From Saprospiraceae bacterium (GTDB taxonomy: Bacteria > Bacteroidota > Bacteroidia > Chitinophagales > Saprospiraceae), in NCBI GenBank assembly GCA_049290115.1, contig JBATMZ010000238.1, forward strand, positions 7,347 through 71,346: a stretch of 64,000 nt of DNA, in the 5' to 3' direction. The position numbers were made by a program, and so were the translations under genes. This document shows, piece by piece, positions 57,125 through 64,000 of the stretch; within the stretch, counting starts at the first letter, position 1, and each line of letters begins with the position of its first letter. The notes beneath the pieces were generated by a model. That model ran no database searches. It worked only from the letters and a program-made list of their open reading frames with translations, and was not told where the DNA came from.

Positions 57125-57784
57125 ATGAAAGCGAACCAATTATTTATGATAATTTTAATTTCCATGTTGTATTGGGGTTGCTGTGGGGATGGGGTATGGG
57201 TACCCACTTTTGAAGAGTCCTTTTGCACTAATCAAGTTTTTAAGGAAAGTAAAGTGGTTCCATTTAAATTTACATATACAGTCAATACCGATAAAAAATT
57301 TATGGAGTCAAACATTATAACGGCATTTCAAATCCAAAAAGCACTTCAAGTTGAAGGATCTAATTTTACGATTAATACAATAGATCTTTGTTCCGCATCC
57401 ATGTCCTATAAAAGAAACGAAGGTAATACGTCAGCGGCTGTTTTTGTCAATTTGGCAATTGTTGACAAGAGTATGAATACGGTGTTATTGATGAAAGAAA
57501 ATCAATTATTACCTCTTTTAGATTTACCAGAGACCGTTTTCTCTCCTGAAGTAAACATTAATAAATATTTAAATGGAAAAGGTGTCAATGAATTGTCCAA
57601 AATATTAAAAACTTATGCCGGATCGTTGAATAATGAAGGTTTGAGTTTTGATCTTTTGGGTGAGAGTTCGCCTGCCAACACCACAGCTCATTTTGAACTC
57701 GATGTCAAAATGGTAGTTGCTATCGAATATGAAGTTTGTCGTTTTGTACCTTTAGGCTTCGGCCTTCGTCTTTGCTCAGAGTAA
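57125..57784 (+). CDS. hypothetical lipoprotein
   Basis: Signal with Cys cluster (LYWGCCGDG). 219 aa. No family recognised. Confidence 0.5.
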   Translation: MKANQLFMIILISMLYWGCCGDGVWVPTFEESFCTNQVFKESKVVPFKFTYTVNTDKKFMESNIITAFQIQKALQVEGSNFTINTIDLCSASMSYKRNEGNTSAAVFVNLAIVDKSMNTVLLMKENQLLPLLDLPETVFSPEVNINKYLNGKGVNELSKILKTYAGSLNNEGLSFDLLGESSPANTTAHFELDVKMVVAIEYEVCRFVPLGFGLRLCSE

Positions 57785-57903
57785 TTTTCAACAGGGTAAT
57801 CAGTCTTAATTTTTATAATCTCGTTTTTGACGTTTAACTTGATTTGAAAATGTTTTCAGAAACTTTTTGCCTTCAATGTGTGTTTTGGGTATAAATATAT
57901 ATC

Positions 57904-58170
57904 ATGAAAACTCAAGAAATTTTTGTCGAAAATATAAAATGTGGAGGTTGCGCCAATTCCATAAAAAAAGGTTTGGAAAAATTGGATTCTACTACCTCAG
58001 TAGAGGTAGATATCGAAGAAGGCAAAGTTGTTCTCCTCAGTGAGTCCACTATAAACACGGATAAATATGTTGCTGCTTTACATGGTATGGGTTATCCTAT
58101 CCATGGTGAAGGTAATCTTATCAAAACTGCTCAATCTTATGTGTCTTGTATGATAGGAAGAATGTCGTAA
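57904..58170 (+). CDS. heavy-metal-associated (HMA) domain protein
   Basis: ENIKCGGCANSIKKGL is a CxxC metal-binding loop at the expected position of a ferredoxin-like HMA fold. 88 aa. Confidence 0.72.
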   Translation: MKTQEIFVENIKCGGCANSIKKGLEKLDSTTSVEVDIEEGKVVLLSESTINTDKYVAALHGMGYPIHGEGNLIKTAQSYVSCMIGRMS

Positions 58171-58191
58171 TGTATCTGACCTTTAATCTCT

Positions 58192-58584
58192 ATGAAACAA
58201 CAAATATTCCAGTTCACGATAGTCGTCTTGGACTACGATGAGGCGATTGAGTTTTATACTGAAAAGTTGAACTTCGAATTACTAGAAGATACCATTGTAA
58301 GCCCTGAAAAAAGATGGGTTCGAATAGCGCCTCCAGGTAGTTCGGGGTGTAACCTTTTATTAGCCAAAGCTAAAAATGAACAAGAAAAAGCTGCAGTAGG
58401 TAACCAAACAGGGGGAAGGGTAGGCTTTTTTTTACACACCGATGATGTACATCGTGATTATCTAAATCTCAAATTTAAAGGCGTTCGTATCGTAAGAGAA
58501 CCCGTAGCAGAACCTTTCGGGAACGTCCTCGTTTTTGCCGATTTGTACGGAAATTTATGGGATTTAATTCAACCAAATGCGTGA
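58192..58584 (+). CDS. VOC family (glyoxalase/bleomycin-resistance fold) protein
   Basis: 130 aa. FTIVVLDYDEAIEFYTEKLNFEL ... GNLWDLIQ matches the typical VOC beta-alpha-beta-beta-beta module pattern. Confidence 0.72.
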   Translation: MKQQIFQFTIVVLDYDEAIEFYTEKLNFELLEDTIVSPEKRWVRIAPPGSSGCNLLLAKAKNEQEKAAVGNQTGGRVGFFLHTDDVHRDYLNLKFKGVRIVREPVAEPFGNVLVFADLYGNLWDLIQPNA

Positions 58585-58607
58585 ATCAATTTTGGTGTGT
58601 TGTTGGG

Positions 58608-59306
58608 CTAAAACAGATCATTTTGCATTTGTTCCCACTCCCTCTGTTGTTTGGTTTTTTCAAAAACATCCCGAGGCAAAAAATATTGTTTTGGGCCATC
58701 GTCCTTCCAAACATCCTCTTCAATTTCTTCATCTTCCTCCTTTACATTTTTAAATAAAAATGCGGTTACAAGACCCATGATTCCACCAAATAAGTGACTC
58801 TCCCAGGATATATTGGCTTCCTCAGAAGGGAATAGGTTTTGAAATAATCCACTATACAAAATGATCATGATCAAAGCTAGGATGACGGATTTAATGTTTT
58901 TCCTAAAAAGTCCTGTCCAAAAAACAAAAGAAACTAGGCCATATACTACACCACTGGCACCAATGTGGTAAGAATTTCCCCTAGCGAAAAGCCAAACTAA
59001 AAACCCCGTTCCAATAAGAATAAACACATAACTCAATGTCGCCACTCTAGGGTAAAATAGCGCCATAATGACCATAAGAGCTAAGATGGGCGATGAATTA
59101 CCAAATAAGTGATTCCAGTCAGAATGTATAAAAGGGGCTGTCAAAATATAGGGCAAACTTCCCAAGTCTCTTGGGTAAATACCGTAGTACATCAAATTTT
59201 TGTCGAATAATACTTCGTAAATTTCGATGCCCCACAATAAAGCAAGGATAGCCAAAGGGAAACGAATTTTCCATACAAATTCCTTATAATTCCAATGTTC
59301 TTCCAT
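58608..59306 (-). CDS. rhomboid family intramembrane serine protease
   Basis: HSDWNHLFGN (TM2 motif) and GASGVVYG (catalytic Ser), with six or more hydrophobic helices. Confidence 0.85.
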   Translation of the reverse strand: MEEHWNYKEFVWKIRFPLAILALLWGIEIYEVLFDKNLMYYGIYPRDLGSLPYILTAPFIHSDWNHLFGNSSPILALMVIMALFYPRVATLSYVFILIGTGFLVWLFARGNSYHIGASGVVYGLVSFVFWTGLFRKNIKSVILALIMIILYSGLFQNLFPSEEANISWESHLFGGIMGLVTAFLFKNVKEEDEEIEEDVWKDDGPKQYFLPRDVFEKTKQQREWEQMQNDLF

Positions 59307-59314
59307 CCGTAATT

Positions 59315-60013
59315 TTACATGAATCTTCTACGAACCAGCTTAATAAATGTTGCGGCTTTTTTAATTTTTTTATCTGAGGTCCAATCAAGTGTTGGGATGA
59401 CATCGTTGGACAAATAGGTTTGTGCCGCTTGAAAATCTGTCAAAGTATTTAATTGCGAGATAGTTTGGTTGAACAGGTTGTTGTCATTGTTGAATAATTC
59501 CTGGATAGTAAATATCTTTTCGTTTATTCCCATCGCTTTGGCTAAATCTGGTATTTTTTGCGAGGCTAGTTTGTCGGACAAATCGGCCATTTTTCCTTCA
59601 GCAAACAGTTCTTCTAACAGACCTTTATCAATTTTCACCCTTTCTTTGACAGGGCTTGCAACAGGTGTTGTTTCTGGGATCTTTTTTTCTTCTAATTGCT
59701 CGACAGCTTTAACAATTTCTTTCACAACAGCTACGGGCTCTGGTTTAACTTCAGGTTCTTTTTCTTCGATGACAAGTGGTGCTGCCGGAGGAGTTTCTCT
59801 AACTTCCTTCACAACTTCTTTTATTCTGCTATTTTGAAATCCATCAGATCTTGTTTGAATCACAGGTTGTTCGTCGTACAATATTTCGTATAATTCACGA
59901 ATATAGGATGCTAATAAATCTTGCTCCAAAGACGAAAGTAAACCATCATTGTCGGCACTCTGTGTTAGGATATTTATCTTATTTAACTTAGTATGAAATT
60001 TTTGCCAATTCAT
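59315..60013 (-). CDS. hypothetical protein with central Pro/Glu/Val/Lys-rich linker
   Basis: 232-aa ORF 8 nt upstream of the rhomboid gene on the same strand. Helical N- and C-terminal parts are joined by PPAAPLVIEEKEPEVKPEPVAVVKE. No family recognised. Confidence 0.55.
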   Translation of the reverse strand: MNWQKFHTKLNKINILTQSADNDGLLSSLEQDLLASYIRELYEILYDEQPVIQTRSDGFQNSRIKEVVKEVRETPPAAPLVIEEKEPEVKPEPVAVVKEIVKAVEQLEEKKIPETTPVASPVKERVKIDKGLLEELFAEGKMADLSDKLASQKIPDLAKAMGINEKIFTIQELFNNDNNLFNQTISQLNTLTDFQAAQTYLSNDVIPTLDWTSDKKIKKAATFIKLVRRRFM

Positions 60014-60077
60014 TTTGTCTTTTTTAGTTGTAACGTAACATTAACTCTAAAGAAACTATTTTGTTGTATAAAAATGT

Positions 60078-61862
60078 TTAATGATTCCACATCAACTTTT
60101 TGCATTTGTCGACAAACCATGATTTTACTTCATCTTCCAATAAAGGTGATACTCGTTCTAAAACTTGTTCATGGTAGTCGTTCAACCAATTAATTTCGGC
60201 TGGTGTAAGCAGTTTTTGTTCGACCAAACCTAAATCAAAAGGATACAAAGTTACCGTCTCAAAGGCCAAAAATCCTTCTTCTTCAGCTTGGATACAAACC
60301 ACTAAATTTTCTAGTCGCATTCCATAAACATTTGGGATATAGTGACCAGGCTCGTTGGACGTCAACATACCTTCTTCAATGACAGTTCTTCCTCTTTCAG
60401 ATTGGATAGTGGCAAAACCTTGTGGTGGTTCGTGCACATTGAGAAAATACCCTACACCGTGTCCTGTCCCGTGCAAATAGTTTAATCCATGTTCCCACAA
60501 AAATTGCCTAGCAAGGGTGTCCAGTTGACCACCGGGAGTTCCTTTGGGAAATTTAATTTTTGACAAAGCGATCAACCCTTTTAATATCAGCGTATAATGA
60601 TTTTTAGCCTCTTCTGTAGGTTTGTCCAGCGTAAATGTTCGGGTTATATCCGTGGTACCATCGAGGTATTGGCCGCCACTGTCCACCAACAAAATTCCTT
60701 CTGGGTTTATAGTTGCTGAATTTTCTTTTGGCGGAGCATAATGAATGATGGCACCGTTACCTTTATATCCAACGATGGCACCAAAACTTTCACCAAAATA
60801 GTGTTTTTGTTGAGCTCGATAAAAAGCCAGTTTTTCTAAAATATCGTATTCAGAAATTTTTTCTTTGCCAAGGGTATTTTCAAACCAATAAAAAGTATTC
60901 GCCAAAGCGGCGCCATCTTTTTCCATTGCAATTCGAATATTTTTAATTTCGACTTCATTTTTTATGGCTTTGGCTACTTTAGGTAAGGAAGATCCTTCTA
61001 TGATTTGAGCACTGATTTTTTGATATAATGTCGCAGAACAAAGGGTAGGGTCTACTAAGATTTTTGATTCGGTTGGCAAATTACCAACATGTGAAAATAT
61101 ATCCCCATACGCATGTAATTCGACGCCATTGAGGGAAAAATATTCTCTAAGTAGGTCATCCAACTTTGAGTCAGAAATAAATAAATGAGCGGACGATTGA
61201 TCAATGAGGGCAAATGAAATAATCACTGGATTATACTTGACATCATTACCCCGAATGTTGAATGTCCAAGCTATATCATCCAAGGCCGTCAAAAGGTGGT
61301 AATCGACTTGTAGATTGGCCATAGATTTTCTCAATTGTTCCAATTTTTCACCTAACGATTTGCCGGTGAGTACGGCATCGTGAACGATGATTTTATCCTG
61401 TGACAAAGAAGGTCGGTCTTCCCATATTTCATCGATCAAATCAAGATTTCCCAGAAAAGATAAGCCCGATTGTTGGCAGGACTTTTCCATTTGCCGAAAG
61501 GCATTTTGTGACCAAACTTCACCGTCTATTGCGACCACTTTTCCTGGAATTAGCGTTTTTATAATATAGTGCAGGTATTCAGGTTCAAATTGATTGACCA
61601 TTTTATGTAAGGTTACACCCGAATTTTCTAACTCTTGTTCCGCTTGTAAAAAGTACCTTGAATCCGTCCACAATCCAGCTTCGTCCAAAAAAACAACAGC
61701 AGTGCCAGCAGATCCGGCAAAACCTGTAATCCATTGTCGCGATTGCCAGTGACTGGCAACATATTCACTTTGATGAGGATCGGCACTTGGAATGATGTAG
61801 GCATCAATTTTTTTCTGTATCATTTCTTGTCGAAGAGCGTGTAATCTAGTTTGTATTGTCAT
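60078..61862 (-). CDS. aminopeptidase P family (M24B Xaa-Pro aminopeptidase)
   Basis: 594 aa with creatinase-like N-domains. M24 metal ligands include DSGGQY, DITRT, HGTGHGVG, SNEPG and the adjacent E residues. Confidence 0.88.
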   Translation of the reverse strand: MTIQTRLHALRQEMIQKKIDAYIIPSADPHQSEYVASHWQSRQWITGFAGSAGTAVVFLDEAGLWTDSRYFLQAEQELENSGVTLHKMVNQFEPEYLHYIIKTLIPGKVVAIDGEVWSQNAFRQMEKSCQQSGLSFLGNLDLIDEIWEDRPSLSQDKIIVHDAVLTGKSLGEKLEQLRKSMANLQVDYHLLTALDDIAWTFNIRGNDVKYNPVIISFALIDQSSAHLFISDSKLDDLLREYFSLNGVELHAYGDIFSHVGNLPTESKILVDPTLCSATLYQKISAQIIEGSSLPKVAKAIKNEVEIKNIRIAMEKDGAALANTFYWFENTLGKEKISEYDILEKLAFYRAQQKHYFGESFGAIVGYKGNGAIIHYAPPKENSATINPEGILLVDSGGQYLDGTTDITRTFTLDKPTEEAKNHYTLILKGLIALSKIKFPKGTPGGQLDTLARQFLWEHGLNYLHGTGHGVGYFLNVHEPPQGFATIQSERGRTVIEEGMLTSNEPGHYIPNVYGMRLENLVVCIQAEEEGFLAFETVTLYPFDLGLVEQKLLTPAEINWLNDYHEQVLERVSPLLEDEVKSWFVDKCKKLMWNH

Positions 61863-61972
61863 TTGATCTGAGGGTTAGATGAACAATGGTAAAATGTAAG
61901 GCCATCGAGGTATTCAATTAGTATTTAAAAAAATAAATATTATAAATTATTCTAATATATTGAAATTCCACT

Positions 61973-61980
61973 TAACTTTG
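61973..61980 (+). promoter_or_regulatory. Bacteroidota -7 box TAACTTTG (rpoN, ~117-nt leader)
   Basis: Exact TAnnTTTG match. The distance to ATG 62098 is long, so assignment is less certain. Confidence 0.3.
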
Positions 61981-62097
61981 CCGTATCAAGCCGTCACGAT
62001 GGCCTTTGAGTCTTTACAAAGAACCAAAAAAAGGGAATATTTGTTTAAACTCTAGGCCTGACCCTAATCATTTGAGTGGAATACTAAATAGCTAGTC

Positions 62098-63585
62098 ATG
62101 TTAAAACAGAATTTGAGTCAGAAAATGTTGCAAAAACTGTCTCCTCAACAGATACAGTTGATGAAACTTTTGCAAATTCCGACCGCCACACTGGAGCAAA
62201 GAATTAAAGAGGAATTGGAGGCCAATCCTGCTTTGGACGAAAGTGAAGATTATAACGAAGTTTTTGATCTGGAGGAATCCCGGTTTGGCGAAAACGAAAG
62301 TCCTTCAGAAGGGGATAGTCAAGAAGAACAGGCTTTTGAATTTGACGACTACCTCAATCAATATTTGGATGATGACCCTTCAGCGTATAAATTGAAAGGA
62401 GAAGGATATTCCAATGAAGAAGAAAAATCTGTTCCCATATCATTCGAAACTAGTTTTCATGAAAACTTAGAACGACAACTCGGCATGCTCAATCTGACGC
62501 CAAGAGAAGAATTAATTGCAGTACAAATCATAGGTTCTATAGACGAAGATGGGTATTTGCGTCGCGAACCGACCTCCATTATTGACGATTTACTTTTTTC
62601 GCAGAACATGGAAATAGAGTTGGACGAAGTCGAAAGATTGATAACCAGAATTCAGCGATTTGAACCAGCTGGAATCTGTGCAAGAGATTTGCAAGAATGT
62701 TTATTGCTCCAAATCAGAGATAAAATAGAGAAAGACCCAGAAGACAGGTGTAAAGGAATTGCCTTAGTCATCATCACTCAATATTTTGAAGAATTTTCCA
62801 AAAAACACTACGAGAAAATCAAAAAACAATTGTCGCTTTCGGACAGTGATTTGAAAGATGCCATCGAAGTTATCATTAAATTGAATCCAAAGCCAGCTGG
62901 AGCAATCAACACAAATAGTGTCAATCAATATATCATTCCAGACTTTATTGTCATGAATAGAGATGGGGAATTGGAGCTTTCGCTGAATAGTAAAAATGCC
63001 CCAGATTTGCGCATCAACGACCAATACATGGACATGTTGAAAGGATATCGAGAGACAGTGCAAGGACGAAAAGCCACCAAACCTGAAAAAGAAGCGGTAT
63101 TGTTTATCAAACAAAAAATTGATTCTGCCAAGTGGTTTATTGACGCAATTAAACAGAGACAAGATACCTTATATAGGACGATGTATGCCATCATGCAATA
63201 CCAGCATGACTACTTTTTGACAGGTGATGAAAGAAGGATCAAGCCTATGATTTTAAAGGATTTGGCGGAGGTGACGGGCTTGGATATTTCGACCGTTTCG
63301 CGGGTGGCCAATTCAAAATTTGTGCAAACAGAATTTGGGACTAAACGACTGAAGGATTTCTTTTCAGAATCCATGCAAACACAAGATGGTAGTGAAGTAT
63401 CCACGCTAGAGGTAAAAAATATTTTGAATGACGTCATCACAAAAGAGGATAAATCCAAGCCGCTGTCTGATGAAAAATTGATGGAAATATTGTCAGATAG
63501 AGGGTATAATATTGCTCGGCGAACTATAGCAAAATACCGGGAACAACTCAATATTCCCGTAGCCAGATTGAGAAAACAATTATAA
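62098..63585 (+). CDS. rpoN: RNA polymerase sigma-54 factor
   Basis: N-terminal LSPQQIQLMKLLQIP (region I), acidic region II, HTH (LKDLAEVTGLDISTVSRV) and RpoN box ARRTIAKYR. Confidence 0.95.
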   Translation: MLKQNLSQKMLQKLSPQQIQLMKLLQIPTATLEQRIKEELEANPALDESEDYNEVFDLEESRFGENESPSEGDSQEEQAFEFDDYLNQYLDDDPSAYKLKGEGYSNEEEKSVPISFETSFHENLERQLGMLNLTPREELIAVQIIGSIDEDGYLRREPTSIIDDLLFSQNMEIELDEVERLITRIQRFEPAGICARDLQECLLLQIRDKIEKDPEDRCKGIALVIITQYFEEFSKKHYEKIKKQLSLSDSDLKDAIEVIIKLNPKPAGAINTNSVNQYIIPDFIVMNRDGELELSLNSKNAPDLRINDQYMDMLKGYRETVQGRKATKPEKEAVLFIKQKIDSAKWFIDAIKQRQDTLYRTMYAIMQYQHDYFLTGDERRIKPMILKDLAEVTGLDISTVSRVANSKFVQTEFGTKRLKDFFSESMQTQDGSEVSTLEVKNILNDVITKEDKSKPLSDEKLMEILSDRGYNIARRTIAKYREQLNIPVARLRKQL

Positions 63586-63620
63586 AGAAGCCTTGTTAAT
63601 TTCAAGGCAGCAGAGATAGT

Positions 63621-64000
63621 ATGAAGATAACAGATCACTTTAAAAACGCAGCAGGAAAAACCTTGGTATCATTTGAAGTATTGCCACCGCTTAAAGGAGG
63701 TAGTATGTCAGATATATTTGACAACCTCGATCCGTTGATGGAGTTTAAACCCCCGTTTATTGATGTGACCTACCATAGAGAAGAATTTGTGTACAACAAA
63801 CGATCCAGTGGTTATTACGAAAAAACAGCTATTAGAAAAAGACCGGGAACGGTAGGAATTTGTGCTTCCATCATGCATCGCTATGGTGTTGATTCGATTC
63901 CCCATTTAATTTGTGGTGGTTTTTCCAAGGAAGAAACCGAAAATGCATTGATTGATCTTAATTTTTTAGGTATTGATAATGTATTGGCATTGCGTGGAGA
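63621..64000 (+). CDS. metF: methylenetetrahydrofolate reductase, partial (C-terminus beyond window end)
   Basis: Absent from the ORF track because no stop lies in the window. My translation: MKITDHFKNAAGKTLVSFEVLPPLKGG...FIDVTYHREE...PGTVGICASIMHRYGVDSIPHLICGGFSKEETENALIDLNFLGIDNVLALRG, which is the typical MetF N-terminal half. Confidence 0.85.
   Translation, partial: MKITDHFKNAAGKTLVSFEVLPPLKGGSMSDIFDNLDPLMEFKPPFIDVTYHREEFVYNKRSSGYYEKTAIRKRPGTVGICASIMHRYGVDSIPHLICGGFSKEETENALIDLNFLGIDNVLALRG

Noticed and set aside
57904-58584. HMA-domain protein plus VOC protein, considered as a metal or antibiotic resistance module
   Set aside because: No P-type ATPase, regulator or mobility gene is adjacent. 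Both are small, common stand-alone folds, and adjacency alone does not support a system.
61900-62004. 8-nt inverted pair ggccatcg (61900-61907) / cgatggcc (61997-62004) flanking the rpoN promoter region, considered as a long-range RNA or DNA structure
   Set aside because: A single 8-mer pair about 90 nt apart is within chance expectation, and no supporting secondary pairings were seen.

Overview
This window reads as core chromosome of a low-GC Bacteroidota genome. Three things point there. TAnnTTTG -7 promoter boxes sit 20-36 nt upstream of many start codons and no Shine-Dalgarno sequences are visible. Two giant proteins end in T9SS C-terminal sorting domains. A GldB-like gliding lipoprotein and a eukaryote-type kynurenine 3-monooxygenase are also present. 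I call 48 protein-coding genes. Two are cut by the window edges and so are missing from the ORF track: a CotH-like gene at 1-1130 (minus) and metF at 63621-64000 (plus). Most genes are housekeeping: thiolase, aconitase, MscL, Sua5/TsaC, two divergent full-length UvrA paralogs, PepA, Obg, Adk, S20, RecX, YgiQ radical SAM, RhlE helicase, TatA, M19 dipeptidase, PepP, RpoN and MetF. Secreted or surface genes are interspersed: Asp-box propellers, GH20, GH16, NlpC/P60, PBP4, a SPOR protein and two giant T9SS adhesin-like proteins. I found no rRNA, tRNA, CRISPR array, transposase, integrase, phage gene, toxin-antitoxin pair or recognisable defence gene. I could not identify a discrete novel multi-gene system, and the findings are each modest. 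The most unusual items are: (1) a receptor-L-domain-like solenoid fused to FG-GAP blades in a 1.55-kaa T9SS cargo; (2) an HYR-like/dockerin-like T9SS giant; (3) a duplicated 21-nt palindrome-containing element upstream of a small lipoprotein gene; (4) an identical 18-nt extended promoter box shared by ygiQ and rhlE, which makes ygiQ near-leaderless; (5) a divergent Rieske-oxygenase/KMO pair with back-to-back promoter boxes. All product calls come from motif recognition by eye. No searches or computations were run.
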